From Nemertoderma westbladi (taxonomy: Eukaryota > Animalia > Xenacoelomorpha), in NCBI GenBank assembly GCA_032718475.1, contig JAUCBJ010001848.1, positions 30,884-94,883 of the forward strand: a stretch of 64,000 nucleotides of DNA, written 5' to 3'. Positions within the stretch are counted from its first letter, which is position 1, and each line of letters opens with the position of its first letter. Shown here one piece after another: positions 35,900 through 49,115 of the stretch. Below the pieces are notes generated by a model. That model saw nothing but the letters and a program-made list of their open reading frames with translations. It ran no database searches and was not told where the DNA came from. A program made the translations under genes and the position numbers.

Positions 35900-36030
35900 A
35901 CTGGACCTACTGACCTAACAGCCTATTGGTACGGACCTAACGCTACGAGGACCTAATGCTACCGGACCTAATGCCACGGACCTAAAGCTTTCAGCATCAG
36001 GACCTAAAGCGCCAGGACCTAACGCACCAT
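35900..36030. repeat. ~16-bp GGACCTAA tandem repeat
   Basis: GGACCTAA recurs about 7 times. Confidence 0.8.
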
Positions 36031-36466
36031 AACCCCGTACAGCACATAACTTAAATTAGACTTAGACTTAACTTAGATTTATTGGTTTATTTATCTGGTT
36101 AGGGTTAGTTAGTCAGGCCCAAACCCTAATTAAAACTTTCATGTAACCCTAATCCTAAGTCATGAGGCTATAATCTAAGAAAATTTGCGGAATTTTCGAT
36201 CGCCATTAATATGGTAAATTTCGTAATTACGTCGTTTTTTTAGTTTAATTTGTAATTGCAATAGGCCTAGTGCAGTAATGGATTTCTTTCTACTTATCAG
36301 TATTAATTCTTTCATTTGAATACCTGTATTTGTAATTAACTTTCTAGTTAACTTATTCAACTGTTTTGGTACTTTAATTAAAATACTGTATGGTCAATTT
36401 CTTAATTTCTTACTATTCTTACTATCAATAATCAAAAATCAGGGGCTAATAAAATGGCAGCTGTCT

Positions 36467-36625
36467 TTGAAATTAATTCTCCATATCTCAAGAACCTGTG
36501 GCCTAGTGGTTGTAGTTTCGGCTTCCGCCTCGAGGTCCCAGGTTCGAATCCGACACCACGCTGATGAGACCCAGTAAGGTCGAAACGCGTACGTGGTTTG
36601 GAGAGATATGAGATATTAATTTCAA
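36467..36625 (+). ncRNA. tRNA-derived head fused to a type I hammerhead ribozyme, enclosed by ~23-bp inverted repeats
   Basis: A box TGGCCTAGTGG (36499), B box GGTTCGAATCC (36541); ACCACG-CTGATGA-GACC-cagtaa-GGTC-GAAA-CGCG-TA-CGTGGT (36555-36597). Confidence 0.85.
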
Positions 36626-37275
36626 GAAAAATTACGCGATTCCTAAATTTGTACACTACCCGGTTAAAAAAGTACGCATGTGATGGGATTAGTCCTACAA
36701 TTGCGCCAATAAAAGATAAGTTATTTTCGGTAAAATAAACTTATCATTCGAGGTTAAGACCCCTAGATCCCTTCCTATAATAAATGTATAATAACAAACA
36801 CCTCGAAAAATACAGCTTGCCAACACATTCTTACTATCAATTTCTTAATTATTACGTTTTTTTATTCATTTTAATAGTAATACAGTAATATACAGTACTG
36901 TACCTAGTGAATTTATACCAACTTATCAGTATTAATTGTTCATTTGAATTTTGGATTATAATAGATAATTTCTTATTGTTGTGTATTAATTTCTCACAGA
37001 GACGGGTGTATTTGAGTTTTTTGTTGACAGTAATCATGGAATGCTATATAATCTCTATATAGCATTCCATGCAGGAATACAGTAATTAGCAACAATCTGA
37101 CAGTCGAGTATAGTAGTTTTCCTAGTCCAAAAAATATATGGTAGAATAGTATTTATATAGGGCATAAAAGTATTAGAAAAAAATATAGGGCAAAAAAAGT
37201 AAAAATATTGGGCAAAAAAATTGAAAATATAGCGCAAAAAAGTAAAAACATAGGGCAAAAAAAGTTATAAACATA

Positions 37276-38071
37276 GGATAGATCTTTTTACAGAACACAC
37301 GCGAACACACACAAACACACACGAACACACTCCATAAACTGCCGAACATAATCGAACACAATCGAAAATAGAAAGAGCACAAAAAAATAAGACCGGGTAC
37401 CAACTATCAGATAAAATTAGCCACGCGTTGCTTTTCTATAAAAAAAAATTGAATTATCGCGAAATTAAATATTCATTTCTTATCAGTTCAGGCCTAGCCT
37501 AAGCTGATAACTAACAATTTAACATAGTAGTAGGCCTAAGTTAAGTGTGGTTAGCACCGGGACAGAGATCCCTACCGGTACCTGCCAGGGTAGGTACGCG
37601 TATGCTGTATGTTGTACCGAAGTGTTGTACCGTACATCATGCTGTCATGTACACAGTACGTACGGTAACGGGCCTAACTTCCAAATTCTTTTCCTCAGTA
37701 ATCAGTTCCAGACCAAGCTATTCCAGTACACAGGCAAACAGGCCTATTAGCTAACCCGCTATTACTATATATTTGATAGACCCGGAAGGCTTCCCTAAAT
37801 AGTTTGTTATACAGTACAGCAGTACACAACAAATGATAGGCCTACCTGATAAGAAATGAATATTTAATTTCGCGACAATTTTATTCAATAATTTCGGGAA
37901 TTTTCTTATAGAAAAGGAACGCTTGGCTAATTTTATCTAAAAGTTGATAACCGGTGTTATTTTTTTCTGCTCTTTCTATTTTCGACTATGTACGACTGCG
38001 TTCGGCAGTTTTTGGAGTGTGTTCGGGTGTGTTCTTGTGTGTTCGCTTGTGTTCTGTAAAAAGAACTATCC
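37276..38071. mobile_element. Mutator/MULE-like MITE
   Basis: ~210-bp TIRs beginning GGATAG; 9-bp TSD ATAAACATA/AAAAACATA; inserted in a ~21-bp A-rich tandem repeat. Confidence 0.78.
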
Positions 38072-38251
38072 AAAAACATAGGGGAAAAAAATATATGCCC
38101 TAATAAATCACATCAAATACAGAAACAGACAGCAAAAAGTAATTCCGATATATATTCATTGCAACATTAACGGACAATTAAAAACAATTAATTAAAAGGG
38201 AAAGCCGTATCATTTAGATAAGTGTACAAACGATAAGATGTTTAATATAAA

Positions 38252-38665
38252 CCCTATTACATATAATACTGTAGTACCGGGCTATACAATGTTGTACAAA
38301 TATACCGGGGGGTGGGGGTCATATTGACCCTACCCTCTAATATATGAAATTTCAACGAAAACGTCTGATTTTTTTTTGTAAGTAAATGTCAATAGTTTGA
38401 ATTCAATCAAAAAAAATTTTGAAAAAATGTACTGGGGTGGTTATTTTGCAGCACAAAAATTTCAAGTAGTGAACAATTTTCAAAAAAATTGAAAGTTACA
38501 ATTTTCGGCTAATCGTTTTTCAATACAGCTTTTGAGGGGCGAAAACTTAATTGGAAACTATTTAAAAATGATCTGATTACTATAAATAGCTGTTTTAGTC
38601 CTCTTTCGTAGGCAACAAATAAAAAAAATAAGTAACCAGCACTTTTAGTTTGAACACAATAATTA
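38252..38665. mobile_element. Left-end fragment of the piggyBac-like family seen at 19215
   Basis: Diverged match to 19215-19615. Confidence 0.8.
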
Positions 38666-39152
38666 TTTATTCTTAATTTGTTACCTTTTCGCTCGAATTT
38701 AGACCAAAATCGGGAAAAAAGTTTCACTTTTTATCCCTAGGGAATAAAAGTAAACCCATAGGATTGCATTGATTTTACTTTTCTTCCCGGCGAAGAAAGT
38801 AAAATAAAATATTTTTGGTGGAATTTTTTAAATTTTATTAGATGTGTTGAAAGAACAGCGACGTAGAAATGGTTTGCACGTAATTTGAGTAAAATCCATG
38901 CAAGCACTCAAAAGTTATGGCAAATTTAGTGTCTGCGCGGCGTTCTCCAAAACGGAACTCAATATCCAATGGTTTATGTTTTTAAGCGGCTCTCTAGTTA
39001 CGTAATAAATATTCGAGAACACTAAATTATTTAACATTGAGTAAGGCAGCATCAGGAGTTGAAGAGTACAATAATTAGAATTGCAGTAACTATGGAAGCA
39101 ATATAGTATAATACTAGGGCCTATAGTTCAATTTATTTTGTACCACTATTAG

Positions 39153-42100
39153 TAGTCAGGTCGCATAGCAAGTTAACGAACGTGGACGTTCTAGACAAAC
39201 TTCCCATAATTGGCATAGGTGTAGGTAATTACAGTACATTACCTTCAATTTTTTAAAGGGAACCAACTTTGCAACATTATTTATCGTTCCCATATTACCA
39301 TGACAACCGGAGATCATTTACAAAAGTCCACTTTCCAATAAAGCTACAGTCTTCTAACCTTGACCTACCCCCCATATATAGCATCAGAGATTAAATTGAC
39401 GTCATTTGTAAAATCCGGTTGCCATGGCAACTGTTTCAAAAACGAGTTTCAAACGATGATTTTCAGTAAATATCCGAAAAATTTAAAACCATTGATTAAT
39501 AATTGTTCCCAATTTGGAAAAATCATCTAACATTATAAATATATTATCCCTGAGACCCTCTTGATTTCTAGTAGTGGACCAATTTAAATGGACCTGAGGT
39601 AGTCCTGTAACCATGGTCACAAGTCACTAAATATTTCCTGCCAAATTTAATATAATTCCAAACTATCTAAAAAATTCAATTTTGGATCTAGCATGACCTA
39701 CTATAACTACTGTTATAGTAGGTCATGGATCTAGTGTCTTACATGTTGCCATGAGTCCAGACAATTACTTTTCGACCAATCAAGTGTGCATCTGTTGCCA
39801 TGGTAACTGATAACATTTGGAATGTGGACAAAATATTGAAAAAAACATGTTTAGTTTACTTAAACTTTGATCATATGCACATATCTTAGTTCCTCATTAC
39901 ACAGTAGAGCTCCATGACACAGTCAATACAGTTACCATAGCAACGGGTATGTTTCATTGTTTATGCACTTCCGCTTTCATATTTTTTCATATTTAGAAGG
40001 TAATAATTTTCTTGATTTGAAAAATATATATCTGGGGTCTATCATAGCTATTTTTTAAATGTAAATAAGTACTCATAACCATAGCAACGGGAGATTTCCC
40101 TCTTTTACACTAATTGCTAGGTTGAATTTCTCAAAATTTTGTGAAATATAAACACTGAAGTATATAGAAAAATAGTATGGACAAAAATTTAAAAATTAAT
40201 TTATGTTTACTTACTATACTTGCATAGCAACATAGGTTTTCCATAGCAACCGTAAAGTTTTTCAAGGTATTCTAAGCAAAAACAAGTTTCCTGCATCAGT
40301 ATAAGACTTTCCATAGCAACGGCGGGTTTTGCCTAGCAACGGTAAGTTTTACATAGCAACGACGAATTTACCATAGCAACCTGGAACATATTTTAGCAAC
40401 GGAGCGTTTTTGACAGAAAAAAAAAAATTTTTAATTTTGTCAAATATTTGTTCTAGAACTAAAAAAGGCCCTTTTCATATGAAAAAAGTTAGACAAAAAG
40501 TGGGTACCCATAACATAGTAAAATAACCCACAAAATAACAATATTATAGCTATCATAATATTGTGTCCATCTATTTTATTGTATTAAAATCCTATAACAC
40601 ACATAAAATACATACGGTAATTCAAATAATAAAACTTTGGTACCGGTACACAAGTTATGTTGGCCGTTTGCTATTACTGTTATTACTAAATTGTGCTGCG
40701 CTGTGTGTATTCTATTCTGGAACATTAATGTTAGCTGTCCAGGTAACACATGTGATATTACTGTAGGTGCCTATATTATTTGATTATTTATTTAGAATAA
40801 TCATTAATCGCCGTTTTCATGGTAACCAAGTGAGTGTAGAATAATAATTATATTTATTGAAACTATTGTTTGACAATTACAAATGATTGTTGAGAACAAT
40901 CATTGCTTAAACATCAGGATATTGTCCGAAAAAACAAATGCTTCTATGTAAGAAAATCAACAATTTCAACCCGTTGCTATGGTAACATGGATCCATAATG
41001 GTGAAAAATTGAGAGCCAATGCACAATATAGTTATTTATGTTTTAACACTTGTCCCGGGGTTGTTATGTGCATTTATTCTTTATTAATTAAATAGATTAG
41101 TAACTAATCGCCGTTTCCATGGTTACCACGTGTAAAATAAGAATATATTTATTTGAAACTAATGTTTGACAATAATAAGCAATGTTTAAACAGCAGTATT
41201 TCGACCAAAAAAAATTAGGTGGTTGCCATGGAAACGTGAATATCTCTTGAACGAGTAGGATGACCCTTATTTTTTATTTCATAAATCAACATTTACTTAC
41301 TCATGTCTACGTCAAAAGCAAAAAATCTGGGTGGTCTCAGGGGTAGCACACTAATGTGGTTCCGTCTCTATATAGCATTCCAGGATACAGCCGACAATTA
41401 GCGAATTAATTGTTTTTTTGAGTTAGCCTGCTTTTACTTTGTTGAATTTCAGTCCAAACGTTTTCAACCCCGGGAATATTTATTTTTAATTCAGATCAGT
41501 GTGCATATATGCCTGACTCTCTCAGTCTCAACAATGTAAAATTGAATTTACTGATAGTAGTCCTTCCTTACCGCTACCGGTAGTGCATTTGCCTATTTCA
41601 GTACTTATGTCTTTTGATTTATACTGTACAGCAGTACAGTGTACAGGTGTACGGGTTCCTCAACCAGCCAACTTAAATTGTTATAATTGAAATATGTCTC
41701 TATATAGCATTCCATGGTTGCATGCAAGTATATAAATAAGTAAACATAAATTAATTTTGAAATTTTTATCCATAATATGTTTCTATATACTTCAGTGTTC
41801 ATATTTCACAAAATTTTGAGAAATTCAACCTAGCAATTAGTGTATAAGTGGAAAATCTCCCATTGCTATGGTCATGAGTAATTAATTACATTTAAGAAAT
41901 AGCCCCCAGACCCCAGATAGACCCCAGTTATACATTTTTCAAATCCAGAAAATTATTACATTCTAAATATGAAAAAATTAGAAAGCGGAAGAGCATAAAT
42001 AATGAAACATACCCGTTGCTATGGGAACTATATTGACTGTTCTTGTGGTCATAGACCTCTACTGTGTAATGAGGAACTAAGATATGTGGAGTGCATATGA

Positions 42101-42836
42101 TCAATGTTGAAGTATACTGAACATGTATTTTTTCAATATTTTGTCAACATTCCAAATGTTATCGGTTACCATGGCAACAGAGACAACCTTGAATGGTCGG
42201 AAAGTAATTGTCTGGACTTGGCAACATGTATATTACGATAACTATCTCAAAGCTTGTAAAAAATTGTAAAAACTTGTAAAAAATTTGGTACATGTCAGTT
42301 AAGACACTAGATCCAAAATTGATTTTTTTTAGATAGTTCGGAACTATATTAAATTTGGCAGAATATATTTAGCGACTTCTGACCATGGTTACAGGACTAC
42401 CACATGTCCATTTAAATTGGTCCACTACTAGAAATCAAGAGGGTCTCAGGGATAATATATTTATAATGTTAGATGATTTTTCCAAATGAGGACAACGGTT
42501 GTATAATTTTCGGATATTTACTGAAAATCAGCGTTTTAAACTCGTTTTCGAAAGAGTTGCCATGGCAACCGGGTTTTACAAATGACGTCAATTTAATCTC
42601 TGATGCTGATATATGGGGGGTAGGTCAAGGTTAGAAGACTGTAGCTTTATTGGAAAGTGGACTTTTGTAAATGACCTCCTGTTTTCATGGTAATATGGGA
42701 CCGATAAATCATGTTGCAAAGTTGGTTCCCCTTAAATAATGAAAGGTATGGTAATTACCTACACCTATGCCAATTATGGGAAATTTGTCCAGAACGTCCA
42801 CATCAGCCTTATTTTTGAGGTTAAGCGACCTGACTA
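39153..42836. mobile_element. Non-autonomous foldback DNA transposon with ~1.05-kb TIRs (TAG termini, Academ-like)
   Basis: TAGTCAGGTCGC...GCGACCTGACTA; 39153-~40205 is the reverse complement of ~41750-42836; no clean TSD seen. Confidence 0.8.
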
Positions 42837-45429
42837 TATATCTCTGTACGTTTTGTAAACAAGCGGTTTACTCCCGCAACTGAAAGATATGAGTATGAGA
42901 ACCCTCCGGGAGAAATACCGGCTCGGTCGTCGCCCGGGTCAACAAGGACCGCGTCCCTCAGTGGTACACCAGGCTGGGGTCGATAAATTGGCTACTGGAA
43001 CAGAAGACAGAGAAGAAAGAAGAACCAACCTGTTGAAATGTAAAAAGACACTAAAGATTGCTACAATGAACGCACGCACGCTGAAAGCACATACCAAACA
43101 GGGTGACATGGTCGCTCTGACAATGGGGAATATAACATCGACATCATCCTGCATCCAAGAACATCGGATTTGTCATGAAGACACTGCCATGAAGTACAAT
43201 GACATTGGAAATGGATGGACGTTAGTAACAAGCTCAGCCGTAAGAAACTTGGCCAATGCATCAATTGGTGGAGTAGGAATTCTGCTAAGCCTAATTGCAC
43301 TTAAGACCCTAAACAACATCGAATCTATAAATTCCAGGGTTATGATAGCAACATTTGATGGAATTCCCAAGGAAACAGTTATATGTTGCTACAGTCCAAC
43401 CAATGCATCAGAGCCAGAACAAGCAGTCAATTTTTTATGAAGAACTGACTGGACTTATAAGGGACATTCCGAAACACAATGTTAAAGTCATTGCTGGTGA
43501 CCTGAATGCGCAAATTGGCCCATAAGACATCAAGGGTTACAACTATAACACCAGTTCTAACAGAAATGGGTACTTACTTTTAGACCTAATGGAAGAATGT
43601 GAATTGATACCAACAAACAACACATTCGAAAAGAGTAAGGGGAAGCTACGGACCTTTCAATACCCTAATGGAACCAAAGCACAACTGGATTACATCCTTA
43701 TAAACAAAAAGTGGAGAAACAGCATGATCAACTGCGAGGCATACAGCTCGTTCAACCTAATTGGTTCGGACCACAGAATTGTGACTGCAGAGATCAGACT
43801 CAGTTTGAGAGCCAGCAAACCCAGGACAAGCAAGCAAATCAAATATGACTGGGAGAAACTCAGAACTGACAATGCTGTAAAGGATGCTTATACAGTAGAA
43901 GTTCAAAACCGCTTTGAAGCACTTCAGTCAATGGATGAAGACCAATCCACCAATTCAATATACCAGAATATAATAACAGCCCACAACAAGGAATCAGCTA
44001 AGAAGCTGGCAAAACTCTGAGGTTACTTGTAAGAGAGAAGATCTTAAGATAGCCTACAAAGTTAAAACCGAACAACCAACAACCGAAAACATTAACAAGG
44101 TTAGAAAGCTAAGGACGATCTTAAATTGGCCTACAACATCAGCCAGGAAAAGTACATACAGGATACAATTGAAGCAATTACAACTGCTCACATACAGCAT
44201 CAATCAAGACTTACCTGGCAAACTGTAAATGAGGTATCTGGTCGGAAAAGTTGTGCAAAGGGGCGACTCAAAGCCGATAGTCCTGAAGAACGTGTTGGAA
44301 AGTGGAAAAATCACTTCAGCAACTTGCTTGGGCATCCACCAAACATCGAGGTCAGCCCTACAAGGAAAATATATTACAAGACACTACCTATAGAAACAGG
44401 GGACTTCACACCTGCCGAACTCCAAAGAAGCATTAAAAGCATGTCCAATAATAAAGCGAGTGGATTAGATGAAATCCCAGCGGAGGTATAGAAAACCGGA
44501 GTGCTAAACAGACCATTATCCAATGTTTGCAACCGGATGTTAAAAGGGGAAAAGCCACCACCAATTTGGACTAAAGGTCAACTAAAGCCTCTCCCCAGAA
44601 AGGAGACCTCGGCTTACCAACAAACTATCGTCGGATATGTCTGTTTGTGGTAGCTGCCAAAATATACAATAAAATGATTCTATATAGGATTAGGCCTCAC
44701 ATGAGAAGCTACTGCTACTGCGTAAGAGCCAAAACGGATTTCGAACAAGTAGATCAACAATAGCTCAGATACTTGCACTACGGAGACTGATTGAAGGAAT
44801 TAAGTCAAACAATCTCCCCGCAGTCATGACTTTTGTGGACTTCAAGAAGGCATTCGACTCCATCCATAGAGGTAAAATGCTTGAAATCCTAAGAGCTTAT
44901 GGAATACCAGAAGTAATTGTTGCTGGCATTGGATTGTTATATTGTGACAAAGAAGCGCAGTTACTCTCACCAGATGGTGAAACTTTTCTCAATCCTGGCT
45001 GGCGTACTGCAAGGTGACACATTAGCACCATTACTATTTGTAATTGTGCTGGATTACGCAATGAGAACGGCCACAAAGGGTGAAGATCTGGGATTCACAC
45101 TTCAATAACGCAGAAGTAGTAGATATCCGGCAACTAGTCACAGACACCGACTTTGCGGATGACATCGCCCTGCTCTCTAATACGCTAGCAGATGCACAGC
45201 TTCTACTAAATAAAGTGGAGAGGGCTGCTAAGGAGGTTGGATTGCATATAAATGCTACCAAGACCGAATTCATGACCTTTAATGCTGATGGAAACTTGAC
45301 AACAATTGATAATAATCAACTAAGGAAGGTCGATGACTTCTAGTACCTTGGATCATGGATAGAGAGTAGCAAAAAGGACATAGAAGTTTGGAAAGCAAAG
45401 GTGGCAGTGAAAGAGAAAAGGTACCTTAA

Positions 45430-46190
45430 CCCTATTAAACCCGGGGGGGGGGGGGGGGGGTCAATATGACCCCCCGTGGTTTTTTTATTATAATTCTGAA
45501 ATTTTATGACTTTTCCTAAAAATATATTGTCTTTCAAGTAGTGAAAACCGTTTTCAAAAATATTGGGTACTTTTCGAGTTATAGCACCATTTTTTAACCC
45601 TACTTTTGGCACTTTTTTTGACACGTTTTTTGAAAATTACATTTAATTAAATATGAATTGTAACATCTCTATTTTTGATTTACACCGGTTTTTTGGTGTT
45701 AGAAATTTGATGGAATTCATATAAATTGATTTAGAAATTTCAAACTTGTTTTTTTCGGTGGGTGCCAAATTTTGGTGCCAGCACCAAATTTTGAAATAAG
45801 TCAATTTTGTAAATTGATCGTTTGAAACTTGTTTTTTACGCAATTTGGATTTTTTGGGTTTCTGGATTCGATGAAATATATACGAGTTGCACCAAGCGTA
45901 TCAAACTTGTATTTTTCGGTGCTGTGTGCAAATTTTGGTGCTAGCACGAAATTTTGAAAATCCATTCAATAGATAGAATTGCTTGTGACAATATATTTCT
46001 TGCGTTTTAGAGGTTTATGGCTGTTCTGAATTCAATGGAAAATATAATTATCGAACTAGACATCTTAAACTTATATTTTTCGGATGTGGGTGCAAAATGT
46101 GGTGCTAGCACCAAATTTTGAAAAGCATCAAATATATCAATTGATTGTGTCACCTTGTTTCTTGCGTTATACGGGTTTATGAGGGTTTAA
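45430..46190. mobile_element. Inverted right-half copy of the piggyBac-like element
   Basis: Reverse complement of ~19995-20747, starting at a TTAA. Confidence 0.9.
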
Positions 46191-46319
46191 TATTAATAGT
46201 AGTAGGGATTGCTTACAAAATATCTTGAAAGTGAGTTTGCTAAATTGGAATGGGGAGGGGGTTGTGTTGTGATGTTGAGGCTTGAGGGACAAAATGTGTA
46301 ATAGGAATGTGCATTAGCA

Positions 46320-46850
46320 AACTAATGAACAACTATGCTGGCTTTTTTTCTAGTCTGGGACTTCGAGCAGCACGTGATCAACTAGGCTGGGTTTTATCTA
46401 GTTTGAGACTTCGAGGAGCAGGCGAACAACTAAGGTAGCTAGTTATCTAGTGGACACTTCGAGCAGTACGTGAACAACTAAGGGAGCTAGCTATCTAGTC
46501 TGGGACTTCGAGCAGCACGTGAACAACAAAAGTATCTAGTTATCTAGCACGTGCACAACTATGCTATGTTTTTATCGAGTTTAGGACTTCGAGCAGCACT
46601 TGAATAACAAAGCTAGCTAGTTATCTAGTTTGATACTTCGAGCAGCACATGAACAACTAAGGTAATTATGGTTATCTAGTTTGGGACTTCGAGCTGCACG
46701 TGCACAACTATGCCGTGTTTTTAAATTGTTTAGCACTTCGAGCAGCACGTGAACAAAAAAGTTAGCTAGTTATCTATTCTGGGATTTTGAGCAGCACGTG
46801 AAGAGCAAAGGTAGCTAGTTATCAAGTCTGGGACTTCGAGCAGCACGTGA
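46320..46850. repeat. ~49-bp minisatellite (~11 units)
   Basis: Unit approximately GGGACTTCGAGCAGCACGTGAACAACTAAGGTAGCTAGTTATCTAGTCT. Confidence 0.92.
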
Positions 46851-48341
46851 AAAATTTGTTAATTTGACATTTTTTTACTTGTACTTTTCGTCCTGGGGGT
46901 TAAAAATAGCACCAAAAATGATGGTTGCATTACCAGAAAATCTTTTTAAGAAGTTTTATCGTGTTTAACGACCTCGAAAACCCTTATTCTATCAAAATTA
47001 TAATTTTTGAGCCAAGATCTAAAAAATTTCTAAAATGACCGACAAGACTTGACAGACAAACAGACAAACTGACAGACAGACAGACCGATTGACATGCAAA
47101 CATATTGACAAACTCGAAGATAGTTTTCTATTGGAATAATAAGGCTTACAAATTAATTTCTAAGAGTAAATCTACATACAGTAGAACAACATAATATCTA
47201 TCGGGAATGAGCTATATATTTCAAAACTTCTGACTACCCTCAATCAAAGCTGATTATTTCCAAAACTAAGCTAGCTGTTAACATACCGATAACAGATTTG
47301 GATTCCTCATTAAAAATTGCATATATCACATTGAAAATAAAAAAAATTGAAAATTTGACTTGAACATTTATTTTTTCTTTAAGTGCGATTTTCTCAAAAC
47401 GACATTTTCACCTTAAGGTACCTTTTCGCTTTCACAGCCACAAGGCTTGGGTAGCTCTATCAAAAATGGATACCATCTGGAAATCAGATCTCTCCAGGCA
47501 CCTGAAGACAAAGTTCTTTCGAGCCACAGTGGAAAGTGTATTTTTATACGGGGGTGAGACCTGGACACTGACTAAATCACTTGAACAACAAATTGATGGT
47601 TGCTACACAAGACTACTAAGGGCAGCCCTAAATATCAGCTGGAGACAAAACATGACAAACGCCGAGTATTATGGTACAATACCACCTGTATCAACCTCCC
47701 TCCGTGAACGCAGATTAAGATTCAGTGGGCACTGCTCTGGTGAAGTAAAGACGAGGTCATACCAGATCTACTTCTCTGGCAACCAACTCATGGAAAGCTT
47801 AGTCGTGGACGACCGGCCATAACATAGATCAACTTGAAAGGGATACTGAACTTGGGAGAAACGAAATTGCGACAACTATGGAGAATCGGGAATCCTGGAA
47901 GGATCTCATTTCCACTGTCCGAGTTTGCTCGACCTAGTAGTACTACGTTTTATTAAAGAATTAAGCAACAAAAAAGTACCAATTTAATAATAAAATTACG
48001 TATTAGATGGGAAATAGACGTAGATTATTAACCTCGCTGGCGCTCGGTAAAAAAAATTCCTCGAGAATAGTGAAAAAAGTTCTACTTTTTTTCCCATGTA
48101 ATAAATTAGTATTATTACATGGGAAAATAAGTAGAACTTTTTTCAAAGAACATTTTTGAAGTCACCGCTTCAATTAGGTAGGCAGTTAGGCTAGTACAAC
48201 AGCTAGCAGCAGAGTATCGAAAAATTATTGTGAAAAATATACCAATATTGTTTTGTAAAAATCAATAAAATTTCATCTCATGGTCATCTAAATGATTAAA
48301 CAGAATTCAAGGTAGCAGTTAAATTCATGATCGCTGGTTTA

Positions 48342-49115
48342 AGGCACGTTTCCGCGGTACTTTTTTCATGTGCGGTATTCTGAGATATTTTTAGCTTTTA
48401 TTGAGCTTTTTTTTAAGCTTCTTTGTAGTTTTCTTCATGCTTCCTTGTAAGCTTTTTTCAAGCTTGTTTTGCCTTTTCTAACGTTTTTTAGTTAATATGT
48501 AGATATAATATGAATGTTCTAGAATTAGATCATTGGTTTCATTTTTAGTTGTTGTTTTCAAGTGAGATGGTTAGTAGCTATCCTACTTATTGAAAGTAAT
48601 TTAATCCCAAAAATATAATTATGCGCACTAAGAAGTGTCTCAAATTATTAACATCACTGTGTTGAGCTATTCTCTAGCTGCTTTAGGAGCAAGTAAGTGG
48701 TGTATCATTGGCTACCGCTGTACATCGAAATCCGAGACGTAAATGAATATTTACAAAAGTCACTATCATTCTCGTCAAGTCTGTATCCATATTTTCCTTA
48801 TTTCCAGTACCAGTTTGTGTTTAAAATTCGAGATTAAATTTAATTTCTAGAACATTCATGTCATTCCAACACTAAATTATACCTACAATTGTAATATTTT
48901 CAAAATTCCACCTGGCTGTTTTTCATTCTATTTTCAAACTTTTTTTTGAGCTTTTTTCCAAGCATTTTTATAAGATTTTTTTGGAGCTTTATTCTATAGT
49001 TTAGGTTTTAACATTCCGAAATTCTCAGATTCATCTTGAAGCACTGAATTTCTAGAAATTGTTTTATCTAAAAAAAGCTTGAAGTAAATCTAAAAAAAAG
49101 CGTGGAAACGGGCCT
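48342..49115. mobile_element. Harbinger/Tourist-like MITE
   Basis: TIR AGGCACGTTTCC/GGAAACGGGCCT; TSD TTA on both sides. Confidence 0.72.

Larger units (their letters stand above)
45401..47441. mobile_element. TIR element inserted in the RTE LINE
   Basis: 29-bp TIR GTGGC(A/T)GTGAAAG(A/C)GAAAAGGTACCTTAA; 3-bp TSD AAG; removing it restores the LINE reading KAKAWVA. Confidence 0.85.
42860..47940 (+). pseudogene. RTE-like non-LTR retrotransposon (APE + RT), degenerate and interrupted at 45401-47441
   Basis: IATMNARTL, IQEHR, GGVGILL, AGDLNAQ, QLDYIL, GSDHR; VDFKKAFDS, GVLQGDTLAP, FADDIALL; short TAG-repeat tail. Confidence 0.9.

Noticed and set aside
46320-46850. CRISPR-like array
   Set aside because: Inter-motif sequences are homologous to each other; it is a minisatellite
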